A model generated the notes under the pieces. The model was not told where the DNA came from, made no database searches, and saw only the letters and a program-made list of their open reading frames with translations. 64,000 nt of DNA from positions 1-64,000 of the IMG/VR virus record IMGVR_UViG_3300045988_046933. The stretch is one strand, 5' to 3'. This DNA comes from a virus. The translations under genes and the position numbers were made by a program. Shown piece by piece: positions 10,112 through 18,432 of the stretch; the first letter of the stretch is position 1; every line of letters starts with the position of its first letter.

Positions 10112-10355
10112 AATAAAGCTACCTAATAGATATAATGATGAAGTATATCTTGAAGAAGTTGAAAATAATAAATACAAATTGATACATAATTCTCCTTATA
10201 TAAGGAGGAGAACTATTGACAAAGAAAAAAATCAACTTGCTTTTATTGATATTGAAGGAGGTCCTATGATATCTTTAGAAGATAAATTGCCTATTGGAGT
10301 AGTTAAATCTATTAACGATATTGATGGAGATTATATAATAGAAGTTGAAACATGA
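10098..10355 (+). CDS. hypothetical protein
   Basis: 85-aa ORF overlapping both neighbours. Same strand. Confidence 0.5.
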   Translation: MQRNKIKLPNRYNDEVYLEEVENNKYKLIHNSPYIRRRTIDKEKNQLAFIDIEGGPMISLEDKLPIGVVKSINDIDGDYIIEVET

Positions 10356-12385
10356 TTTACTTAGTAACCAATCAAAAGGAATTGTTTAAAAATGAAGTTT
10401 ATAAAATTATAAGTGTTGAGGAATCCCTAAAACTCCTCAACACTTTAACTATTGTAGGCTTAGATACTGAAACTGAAGGATTAGACCCTTGGACAAAAGG
10501 ACTGAAATCTATTCAGTTGGGTAATTATGAATTTCAAATAGTAATAGATACTACTACTATTTCACCTTTAGTATATAAAGAATATTTAGAATCTGATAGA
10601 CTTTTTATTGGATGGAATTTAAAATTTGATTTAAAATTCTTATTTAGGCAAGGAATAGTTCCTAAAAGAGTTTGGGATGGCTACTTAGCAGAGAGATTAA
10701 TGTGGTTAGGCTATCCTCCAGGTATTCATTCTTTGAGCTTAAAGTCCGCAGGAGAAAACTATCTTGGCATAGAATTAGATAAATCTGTTAGAGGTAAAAT
10801 TATATATGCTGGATTGACTGAAGATGTTATAGTTTATAGTGCTAATGATGTAAAGTATTTGGAAAAAATAATGAGACTTCAATATGAAGAACTTGTTAAA
10901 AAGGGTCTAGAAAGAGCTATAATATATGAAAATAAATTTGTATTACCTTTAGCTTATTGTGAATATTGTGGAATAAAATTAGATGTCAATAAATGGAAAG
11001 CTAAAATGCAAAAAGACGAAGATAGAGTTAAGAATGCTTTAGCTAAATGTAATGAATGGTTTATAAAAAATGAACCTAAAAGTAAATATATCTTTATTGA
11101 CCGTCAGGGAGATTTTTTTAATGGTTTTAATCTGGAGCCTCAAGTAACTCTAAACTGGAATAGTGCTAAGCAGCTAATTCCTATATTTAAGAAATATGGA
11201 GTAAATGTAACTACGGAAGATAAAGAAAAAGGAGGTGCTAAAGACAGTATAGATGCTAAAAGTTTGAAACCACAAAAAGACAAATGTGACCTCATTTCTT
11301 TATATCTAGAATATAAAGAAGCTGTTAAAGTAACATCTACTTATGGAGAAAACTTTCTTAAACAAGTTAATCCTGTTAGTGGCAGGGTTCACACAAATTA
11401 TCAGCAATTGGGAGCAGATACTACCAGACTAACTAGCGGAGGTAAGGACAAAGCTACTAAAACTGAATATGTCAATCTCCTAAATCTGCCTGCTAATGCA
11501 GAAACAAGAGCTTGTTTTGTAGCAGAGAAAGGTAATAAATGGATTAGTATAGATTATTCAGGTCAAGAAACTTACCTTATGGCTTCTATAGCTGGTGATG
11601 AAGCTATTATAAAAGAGCTTACAGAGGGTAGTGGAGATATTCATTCTTTAACAGCTTATATGAGTTACCATGAAATACCTAGAGATACACCAATAAAAGA
11701 TATAAAAAAGAAATATCATAATTTAAGACAGGAAGCTAAGGGTATTGAGTTTGCCATAAATTATGGAGGAGATGCTAATACTATTAGTAAGAATAAAGGA
11801 ATCCCAATAGAAGAAGCTAAAAAAATCTATAATTCATATATGTTAGGTTTTAAGGGGTTAAAAAAATATCAAGACTTTAGAAGAATAGATTGGTTCAATA
11901 AAGGATATATATTATTAAATAATCTCACAGGTCATAAAGCATATATATATGATTATAAAGAACTGCTAGAAGATAAAGAATGGATGGCTTCTTTAGATTG
12001 GAATTATTACAGAGAAATGAAAAGTTGCTGCCCTGAATGTGATACTGTTCAGAGGGTTAGACACTTTTTTAGAAGAAAATCTGCTTCAGAGAAGCAATCA
12101 ATTAATTACCCAATACAAGCTACTGGCAGTATGTGTTTGCGAGTAGCTATGATAAATTTCTTTGAATATTTAAGAACAAATAATTTGTTATTTAAAGTGT
12201 ATATATGTGTTACTCCGTATGATGAGATTAATTGTGAGGCACCTGAAGATATTGCTAACAATGTAGCTAAAGTATTATATGATTGTATGGTTAAAGCAGG
12301 AAGCTATTTCTGCACTAAATGTAAATTAGATGCAGATATAAGCTATGATGAAAATGGAAATTTGCCAACATATTGGATTCATTAA
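10352..12385 (+). CDS. family A DNA polymerase with 3'-5' exonuclease domain
   Basis: Exo I is VGLDTETEGL. Pol motif A is IDYSGQETYLMA, motif B is RQEAKGIEFAINYGG and motif C is TPYDEINCE. Confidence 0.9.
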   Translation: MIYLVTNQKELFKNEVYKIISVEESLKLLNTLTIVGLDTETEGLDPWTKGLKSIQLGNYEFQIVIDTTTISPLVYKEYLESDRLFIGWNLKFDLKFLFRQGIVPKRVWDGYLAERLMWLGYPPGIHSLSLKSAGENYLGIELDKSVRGKIIYAGLTEDVIVYSANDVKYLEKIMRLQYEELVKKGLERAIIYENKFVLPLAYCEYCGIKLDVNKWKAKMQKDEDRVKNALAKCNEWFIKNEPKSKYIFIDRQGDFFNGFNLEPQVTLNWNSAKQLIPIFKKYGVNVTTEDKEKGGAKDSIDAKSLKPQKDKCDLISLYLEYKEAVKVTSTYGENFLKQVNPVSGRVHTNYQQLGADTTRLTSGGKDKATKTEYVNLLNLPANAETRACFVAEKGNKWISIDYSGQETYLMASIAGDEAIIKELTEGSGDIHSLTAYMSYHEIPRDTPIKDIKKKYHNLRQEAKGIEFAINYGGDANTISKNKGIPIEEAKKIYNSYMLGFKGLKKYQDFRRIDWFNKGYILLNNLTGHKAYIYDYKELLEDKEWMASLDWNYYREMKSCCPECDTVQRVRHFFRRKSASEKQSINYPIQATGSMCLRVAMINFFEYLRTNNLLFKVYICVTPYDEINCEAPEDIANNVAKVLYDCMVKAGSYFCTKCKLDADISYDENGNLPTYWIH

Positions 12386-12843
12386 AATATGATATTATGA
12401 TAAAAAAAGGTGACAGATTTAAATGTATTAAAACAGTAATCATGGATAATAACCCTAATGATATTGCCTATCGTAAGGGAAAATTCTATGTAAGTGACTA
12501 TGATGGATGTATAACTGATGAGAATGAATTTAAAGGTCATAGCTGGTCAGAACATGAGCTTTCAAAATACTTTATAAAAGTAGATAATATTAAAAAGGAA
12601 AGTAAAGTGGAACATCCCCGTCATTACACTTGGCTTAAAGATTTATGTGGCATAGAGGTTATTGATATTACTAGACATATGAACTTTAATCTAGGTAATT
12701 GTATTAAATATGTGTTAAGAGCTGGACATAAGTCTGAAGAAGGATATACTGAAAAAGATAAAACTATTGAAGATTTAGAGAAGGCTATATTTTATATTAA
12801 AGATGAAATAGAAAGGATAAAAAATGACAAAGGAGGAGTATGA
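12373..12843 (+). CDS. DUF3310-family protein
   Basis: EHPRHYTWL...IEVIDITRHMNFNLGNCIKYVLRAGHK matches the hPxHY...GNxxKYxxR signature as I recall it. The start may instead be Met9 (nt 12397). Confidence 0.6.
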   Translation: MDSLKYDIMIKKGDRFKCIKTVIMDNNPNDIAYRKGKFYVSDYDGCITDENEFKGHSWSEHELSKYFIKVDNIKKESKVEHPRHYTWLKDLCGIEVIDITRHMNFNLGNCIKYVLRAGHKSEEGYTEKDKTIEDLEKAIFYIKDEIERIKNDKGGV

Positions 12844-13063
12844 ATTATCTAAAAAAGTAGTACTAGATAAGTTAAATCACCAGCTTCATGTTGGTGATTT
12901 AATTATATGTAATGTTTACAGTAATAATGTAGATGTATATAGAGTACATAAAATATGTAAAAAGAAGATAATAGCTGAAAGAGTTGAAAGTCCTAAGTGG
13001 TTAAATTATTTTTATCCTAATAGAGTAATTAAAATAAAAGAAAATGGAATATCAGAAGATTAA
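12824..13063 (+). CDS. hypothetical protein
   Basis: 79-aa ORF overlapping both neighbours. Confidence 0.5.
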   Translation: MTKEEYELSKKVVLDKLNHQLHVGDLIICNVYSNNVDVYRVHKICKKKIIAERVESPKWLNYFYPNRVIKIKENGISED

Positions 13064-13736
13064 TACTCTCTTTTTGAGAGATGAAAAGAAAGTTATAATT
13101 CCTTCATCATTTACTTGTGATGAATTTGAGTATTTAAAGGACTGTAAATGGGAGTGTACTGAAAAGATTGATGGTACTAATATAAGAATTTACATCTCAA
13201 GAGAATATGATGGAGAAGATGATTGGCTATATGGTGTATCATTTATGGGAAGGACTAATAAGGATATTATTCCAGAGCATTTAAACCTTAAGCTTCAGCA
13301 GATATTCTATAGAGTAGATTGGAAGACTGTGTTTCCTTCATTAATGCCTGGAGATAGTGTATGTCTTTATGGTGAAGGTTATGGTAATAAGATACAGAAA
13401 GAAGGAAGTTCTTATATTTCTAATGATGTAGACTTCATACTATTTGATGTAAAATATAATGATTGGTGGCTTAAGAGAGAAGATTGTGAAGATATTGCTA
13501 ATAAATGTGGTATTAAAATAGTTCCTATTGTAGGCTATATGACTATTCCCGAAGCAATAGATTTAGTAAAGAAAGGCTTCAAGTCTTCTATATCAGAAGA
13601 TAAGAATCTTATTGCTGAAGGATTGGTACTTAAAACTCCACAAGGTCTATTATTAAGAAATGGTAAGAGAATTATTACTAAAATAAAGCACAAGGATTTT
13701 GTAAAATTTAAAAATGTTTATGGACAAGACTTTTGA
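13044..13736 (+). CDS. ATP-dependent RNA ligase-like nucleotidyltransferase (stand-alone adenylyltransferase domain)
   Basis: Motif I is TEKIDGTNIRI (KxDG). Later motifs are CLYGEGYG, DFILFDV, AEGLVLK (EGhV-K) and ITKIKHKDF (KxK). At 230 aa it is too small for a DNA ligase with an OB domain. Confidence 0.65.
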   Translation: MEYQKINTLFLRDEKKVIIPSSFTCDEFEYLKDCKWECTEKIDGTNIRIYISREYDGEDDWLYGVSFMGRTNKDIIPEHLNLKLQQIFYRVDWKTVFPSLMPGDSVCLYGEGYGNKIQKEGSSYISNDVDFILFDVKYNDWWLKREDCEDIANKCGIKIVPIVGYMTIPEAIDLVKKGFKSSISEDKNLIAEGLVLKTPQGLLLRNGKRIITKIKHKDFVKFKNVYGQDF

Positions 13737-14184
13737 ACCAAAAAGAATAATTAAACATACTCCTATTAGCTCTGTACCAGATAGAGAAGGATATGTAGCT
13801 AAACCTGAAGAAGATAAAATGAATACACCAATTTTAACTAGTTCTGAGGAGCACATAGCTCCTTGGAATGATAAAGAACTTAATCCTGAAGAAGTAGAAG
13901 TAACTGTATCTATTACTCTTAGTAAAACTTTTAAGATTAGAGTAGATGACTATAAGGAAGAAATAGAAACAGATGAAGATGGGAATAAGGTTATTAGCTA
14001 TGATTTTACAGACTGTGATTTAAAATCAGCTGTAAAGGACCAAATATATCTTCCCAATGAAATAGGAGAAATATTAAAAGATAGAGACAGATACCCACAT
14101 CTTTATGCTAAAATATTTAAGAAACTTACTAAAGATGCTTTAGATTGGAATGTTGATGATTTTGAAGTAATTTTGGAGGATTAA
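13714..14184 (+). CDS. hypothetical acidic protein
   Basis: 156-aa ORF. No motif recognised. Confidence 0.55.
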   Translation: MFMDKTFEPKRIIKHTPISSVPDREGYVAKPEEDKMNTPILTSSEEHIAPWNDKELNPEEVEVTVSITLSKTFKIRVDDYKEEIETDEDGNKVISYDFTDCDLKSAVKDQIYLPNEIGEILKDRDRYPHLYAKIFKKLTKDALDWNVDDFEVILED

Positions 14185-14188
14185 ATTA

Positions 14189-14263
14189 ATGTTTATAATT
14201 TTATATATTATTATATGTTTAGGTATTATAATGTATATGAAGTATTTAACTAAAATAAAATAA
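14189..14263 (+). CDS. candidate 24-aa hydrophobic micro-protein
   Basis: MFIILYIIICLGIIMYMKYLTKIK. It starts 5 nt after the previous stop, and its own stop lies 1 nt before the next ATG. Confidence 0.25.
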   Translation: MFIILYIIICLGIIMYMKYLTKIK

Positions 14264-14264
14264 T

Positions 14265-14408
14265 ATGACATTTATAATTCACTTTAAGGATGGTCATAGG
14301 GAAACCTATAGTAACCATTATGATGAAAATGAAGAGCATGAAAGAGATGCAGCATGGGATGATGCCTATGTTACATTTCCTGAAGCTGATTATATAGAAG
14401 CATTTTAA
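14265..14408 (+). CDS. candidate 47-aa acidic protein
   Basis: MTFIIHFKDGHRETYSNHYDENEEHERDAAWDDAYVTFPEADYIEAF. It lies on the strand of every neighbouring gene and fills the gap better than the antisense 14250..14435 ORF. Confidence 0.4.
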   Translation: MTFIIHFKDGHRETYSNHYDENEEHERDAAWDDAYVTFPEADYIEAF

Positions 14409-14417
14409 TATAAAAAT

Positions 14418-14747
14418 ATGGAAACAGTTAAACAAATTGACGACATAGTATCTTCTATGTTGGAATGGGTATCAATTTTAACAGATGAATTAATTTCTGA
14501 ATCAGAAAAATATCCAAAAGAAGAACAGAGGGCATTTATAAAAGGTGCTGCCTGGATGTTGTATCGGCTTGTTAAAAACCGTGGACAACGTCATGTTTAT
14601 ATTGAAAAGGATATGTCTCTTGAAGAAGCAATTAGGCATTGCGAAGAAGTTCTTCCTATTGCAGAAACATCACAATGTGCAAGAGAACATTTACAACTTA
14701 GAGATTGGTTAATTGAGTTAAAACAATATAAAGAAAATAAGCAATGA
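14418..14747 (+). CDS. hypothetical protein
   Basis: 109-aa ORF. It uses locally more G/C-rich codons (CGG, CGT, CCG). Confidence 0.55.
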   Translation: METVKQIDDIVSSMLEWVSILTDELISESEKYPKEEQRAFIKGAAWMLYRLVKNRGQRHVYIEKDMSLEEAIRHCEEVLPIAETSQCAREHLQLRDWLIELKQYKENKQ

Positions 14748-14854
14748 AATACGAATCACCAGATACTGCCAAATCAGAAATTACATCAGACTTCTCATAC
14801 TCAACTTCCTCAGATGAGTATATTGATAATAAAATTAAAAATGTATTAGGATAA
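14744..14854 (+). CDS. candidate 36-aa protein
   Basis: ATGA overlap with the previous stop, and it ends 2 nt before the thyX ATG. Translation: MKYESPDTAKSEITSDFSYSTSSDEYIDNKIKNVLG. Confidence 0.3.
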   Translation: MKYESPDTAKSEITSDFSYSTSSDEYIDNKIKNVLG

Positions 14855-14856
14855 AT

Positions 14857-15771
14857 ATGAAACTTATAAATCAATCATTTGAAATACTTGAACAAAAAGA
14901 CTTCACTATTACAGGAATAAAGAAGTTTATTGAAAGATGTGGTAGAGTATGTTATAAATCTGAGGATAGAATTACAGAGGATTCCTATGAAAAGTTTGTA
15001 AATATGCTTGAAAGTAGAGGACATGACCGCCCGTTAGAATTTGGAACAGTACATCTTAAAATGATACTTCCAGATTTTGAAGGATTTATACATAGTTTAC
15101 TTATAGTTGGTATGCTTAATAATATTTGGATTAAACATGCTTATAAGGGAGATGTTATATATATAACTACTAATTATAGATACTATTTAGATATTATTAA
15201 GTACTTTCCTAATGTTAGGAAGTATCTTACAGAAGAAGATAATGAATATTATCCAAAAAGATATACTGTTCATTTTATTACTTCTAGAGGTATAATGGAT
15301 GAATTTAGAACTCATGTAGGACTGTCTCATTTAGCAGAAAGTACTCGCTATTGCAATTATTCCAAAGATAAGTTTAATAATGAGCTTACATTTATTATTC
15401 CTTGTTGGATGGATATTCCTGAGGGTAGTATAAATTTAGGAAATTATGATAAAACATCTGCTGGATATAGCGATGGAAATATTCATATTATTGATAATAA
15501 ACCACCTTATGTTGGAGTTGATTTTATTAGAAGTCTATGTGAAGCAGAATATAGTTACTTAAGTATAGTAAGAAATGGTTGGACCCCACAACAAGCTAGA
15601 GAAGTACTTCCTTTGGCAATTAAATCTGAATTGATTTCATGTGGTTTTGAAGATGCTTGGAAGAACTTCTTTTATAGAAGATGTGCTAAAGATGCACATC
15701 CTATGGCAAGAGAAATAGCAAATAAATTACATGAAGAATTTACAAAAAGACAAATATTAAAATCTAAATAA
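14857..15771 (+). CDS. thyX: ThyX-family (flavin-dependent thymidylate synthase-like) protein with an atypical signature motif
   Basis: N-terminal CGRVCYKS...RGHDRPLEFG. The central motif is TSRGIMDEFRTHVGLSHLAESTRY, and the C-terminus reads AREVLPLA...RRCAKDAHPMAREIANKL. The overall ThyX layout is present, but RHRxxS reads (R)THVGLS. Confidence 0.65.
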   Translation: MKLINQSFEILEQKDFTITGIKKFIERCGRVCYKSEDRITEDSYEKFVNMLESRGHDRPLEFGTVHLKMILPDFEGFIHSLLIVGMLNNIWIKHAYKGDVIYITTNYRYYLDIIKYFPNVRKYLTEEDNEYYPKRYTVHFITSRGIMDEFRTHVGLSHLAESTRYCNYSKDKFNNELTFIIPCWMDIPEGSINLGNYDKTSAGYSDGNIHIIDNKPPYVGVDFIRSLCEAEYSYLSIVRNGWTPQQAREVLPLAIKSELISCGFEDAWKNFFYRRCAKDAHPMAREIANKLHEEFTKRQILKSK

Positions 15772-15772
15772 T

Positions 15773-16231
15773 ATGTGTTGGGTAAGCTACAAACCTCCAG
15801 TTAAAAGAGTTGCTGAAGAAGATATATTAGTTTATAAAATTGTCAACTACAAACCACATACAGATGAATGTCGTGCATTCTTTTTTAACTTTTTATATAA
15901 ATTTGGAGTAATATATAATACTGATGTAAAAATAAAGTATATTGATAATGGAAAAGATAAACATATGTGGATGGGGAATGAGGGATTTCATTCACTTAGT
16001 AATAAAAAAGCAGCTGTATATGAATCTGAGGTTTATATAAAAAAGTATTATAGTACTATAGTAAAATGTGTTATTCCTAAAGGTTCAGACTACTATATAA
16101 ATGAATATGATGAAGTTATATCTAACAATATCGTAATTTTAAGTAAAGAACCACCTTTACAAAGAATACTAAATTATTTAGATAAATGGAAGTTTAGAAT
16201 TTTAAAATGGCATATAACAAGAAGATTGTAA
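15773..16231 (+). CDS. hypothetical protein with a 'GFH' module
   Basis: 152 aa. GNEGFHSLSNKK...IVKCVIPKGSDYYINEYDEVISNNIVIL resembles the C-terminus of ORF 2134..3096. Confidence 0.5.
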   Translation: MCWVSYKPPVKRVAEEDILVYKIVNYKPHTDECRAFFFNFLYKFGVIYNTDVKIKYIDNGKDKHMWMGNEGFHSLSNKKAAVYESEVYIKKYYSTIVKCVIPKGSDYYINEYDEVISNNIVILSKEPPLQRILNYLDKWKFRILKWHITRRL

Positions 16232-16256
16232 TAAATGCAATAAAACTTAAAGAAAT

Positions 16257-16889
16257 TTGAACATGATAATCAATAATCTAGAACTAATAGCTCCTCTTTT
16301 GCCTAAGGATAATCCAGAAATATTTTGCCATATGCAAATAGTATGTAGAGCAAAAGACCATAAGGATGAAAAAGTAAAAGAAGGAGCTATTAAAACTTAT
16401 TTTATAAGAAATAAAGAACAGCTTAAAGAATTAATGCCTGAAGTAATTCTTCTCTGTGAGCACTATGGAGCTAGAGCTTATATTAATGTAAGTCCAAAGA
16501 GCTTTGAAAAACTTCAAAGATTTATGCTATTAAAGTTAGCTTCATTGGTATGTGAAGGTAATATTCAAAATCCAAGAAAAACTCTTAATAGTGTAGCTGG
16601 ATTCTTAAATTCAAAGAATCCTGTATGGATTGTAGACATTGATAATGTAGAGATTCAAGAATCTGTATTAAAATGGCTTGATGAATACTTTAAATTAGAT
16701 GTAACATTACCATTTTATAATACCAGAGAAGAGGTTTATTTGTCAGGTATTATTCCTACAAAACAAGGTTATCACTTACTTGTAAGACCCTTTAATCTTA
16801 AAGAGTTTAGTGATAAGTTTCCTGATATAGATGTTCATAAGAACTCTATGGGAACTTTATTGTATTATCCTAATAGTATATCAGTATAA
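16257..16889 (+). CDS. hypothetical protein, possibly a minimal archaeo-eukaryotic primase (AEP/PrimPol)-like fold
   Basis: Three ordered motifs: VWIVDIDN (DxD), PTKQGYHLLVRPF (sxH) and DIDVHKNSMGTLLYYPNS (hD...pgS-like). The assignment is from memory of AEP motifs only. Confidence 0.3.
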   Translation: MNMIINNLELIAPLLPKDNPEIFCHMQIVCRAKDHKDEKVKEGAIKTYFIRNKEQLKELMPEVILLCEHYGARAYINVSPKSFEKLQRFMLLKLASLVCEGNIQNPRKTLNSVAGFLNSKNPVWIVDIDNVEIQESVLKWLDEYFKLDVTLPFYNTREEVYLSGIIPTKQGYHLLVRPFNLKEFSDKFPDIDVHKNSMGTLLYYPNSISV

Positions 16890-16891
16890 CA

Positions 16892-17671
16892 ATGAGAACG
16901 AATTTAATCAAAAAGAAAGAAGCACCTAAGGTAGAAAAGGAAGTAGTAGATGGAATGCTTGATATGGTTATAGCATTTGATACTACAGGCTCTATGTATT
17001 CTTACATTGAGGCAGTGAAAAAACATGTTATAGACTTAATACCAAAGCTATTTACAGCTAATCCTAAATTAAAGGTTAGTATAGTAGCATTTGGTGATTA
17101 CTGTGACATGGAAAGTAAAGATGAGTTTGGAAAGGCTTATCAGGTTATTAATTTAACTGATAATGAGAATAAACTTATAAAGTTCATAAAAGAAGCTAAG
17201 AATACTGGTGGGGGAGACTGGGAGGAGTTCTATGAACTTGTTATAAAGAAGATTGTGGAAGAGACCTCTTGGAGAGAAGGTTCTACTAAGTCTGTTTTGC
17301 TTATAGCTGATGCTGACCCACATCATATTGGCTATACATATATTAACTATTTGCAAGAAACCTTCATAAGAGATAATCAAATTGATTGGAGAGAGGAAGC
17401 TAAGAAAGCTGCTGCTAAAGGTATTAAATTTGATACTATGCAGTGTGGGAAAAGCACAAAACGGTTTAAAGAGCTATCTAAGATAACTGATGGTATAAAC
17501 TTGCCATTTAAGACAGATAGCAAGACTTCTCAAGTAATTGAGGCTGCCTCTTATGCAAGAGGCGGAGAAGCTACTAAAGAACTATTTAAAGCAACTATGG
17601 ACAGTGCTTTAACTAGTGGTGATACAGAAATTAGTGCTGTTTATGCAGCTTATTCAAAAGAATTAGTTTAA
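16892..17671 (+). CDS. von Willebrand factor A (vWA) domain protein
   Basis: MIDAS-like VIAFDTTGSM (DxTxS), followed by VAFGDYCD, GGGDWEEFYE and LLIADADPH. Confidence 0.65.
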   Translation: MRTNLIKKKEAPKVEKEVVDGMLDMVIAFDTTGSMYSYIEAVKKHVIDLIPKLFTANPKLKVSIVAFGDYCDMESKDEFGKAYQVINLTDNENKLIKFIKEAKNTGGGDWEEFYELVIKKIVEETSWREGSTKSVLLIADADPHHIGYTYINYLQETFIRDNQIDWREEAKKAAAKGIKFDTMQCGKSTKRFKELSKITDGINLPFKTDSKTSQVIEAASYARGGEATKELFKATMDSALTSGDTEISAVYAAYSKELV

Positions 17672-17682
17672 CAAATACAACA

Positions 17683-18309
17683 ATGAAAGTAAATATTAAA
17701 GAAATTGAAGTTGGTGATATCTTCTCAGAAGAATCTCACTATGTAGTAAACAAGGTAGCTAAGGATAAAGTAGAATTCCTTCACCTTGAAAGTGGTAAGA
17801 AAGTTTCTCTTAGTAATGAATATGTTGCTAATCTGCTTAATACTTCTGACCAGTATGACAATGAGGTTAAAGTAGGTAAGGAAGACAAGAAGGATGGTAC
17901 TCCAGGAATCAGAACTATCTTTGAAAGCATTAAATCTTCAGAGGTATTTACAGTAGTCTTTAAGAAGCAAGACAAACCAAAAACTAAAAAGGCTGTTGAA
18001 GCTGAGAAAGAAACTCAGAGAAATGAAGCTGTAGCAATTATTGATAAGGCTAAAAAAGCTAAGAAGTCAATGGCAACAGCTTATAAAGAAGCTCTTGAAT
18101 TCATTCAGAACAATCCTATAAAGGATTATATTGAAGGTGAAGAAAGAGTTCTCAGAGGATATAAGATGCAGTTTGTATCTAGAGATGGCAAGTACAGATG
18201 TATGGATATGGACATTACTAGAACAGATAAAGAAACAGAAGAGAGACTTGTTAATATTAACACTATCTCTCAGCTTATTTATAATGGTACTAAATATATT
18301 GTAGATTAA
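17683..18309 (+). CDS. hypothetical Lys-rich protein, last gene of the replication block
   Basis: 208-aa ORF with a central KKQDKPKTKKAVEAEKE...KAKKAKKS stretch. A strong terminator follows directly. Confidence 0.55.
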   Translation: MKVNIKEIEVGDIFSEESHYVVNKVAKDKVEFLHLESGKKVSLSNEYVANLLNTSDQYDNEVKVGKEDKKDGTPGIRTIFESIKSSEVFTVVFKKQDKPKTKKAVEAEKETQRNEAVAIIDKAKKAKKSMATAYKEALEFIQNNPIKDYIEGEERVLRGYKMQFVSRDGKYRCMDMDITRTDKETEERLVNINTISQLIYNGTKYIVD

Positions 18310-18314
18310 TCATT

Positions 18315-18348
18315 AAGGGAAGGGTTTATACTCTTCCCTTATTTTTTC
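18315..18348 (+). terminator. rho-independent terminator
   Basis: AAGGGAAGGG (18315-18324) pairs with CTCTTCCCTT (18331-18340), including one G-T pair. The loop is TTTATA and the tail is ATTTTTTC. Confidence 0.8.
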
Positions 18349-18377
18349 TTAATATATACAACTTTTGCTCTTATTTG

Positions 18378-18409
18378 TTTGGAAAAACGTATAAATTTAT
18401 TTAACTTTG
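18378..18409 (+). promoter_or_regulatory. Bacteroidota sigma-A type promoter (-33 TTTG, -7 TAnnTTTG)
   Basis: TTTG (18378-18381), a 20-nt spacer, then TAACTTTG (18402-18409) followed by CA. It lies 24 nt upstream of the 18433 ATG. Confidence 0.65.
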
Positions 18410-18432
18410 CACTAAAATTTTAATTATACTAT

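Noticed and set aside
14250-14435. 61-aa minus-strand ORF in the 14.2-14.4 kb gap
   Set aside because: It would be the only minus-strand gene in a 30-kb plus-strand block. The same DNA holds abutting plus-strand micro-ORFs whose stop and start spacing matches the neighbouring genes.
14418-14860. Locally higher G+C as evidence of a recently acquired island
   Set aside because: A hand count over about 120 nt gives only a moderate rise relative to the very AT-rich surroundings. The segment is short, so the signal is too weak to call horizontal transfer without a sliding-window computation.
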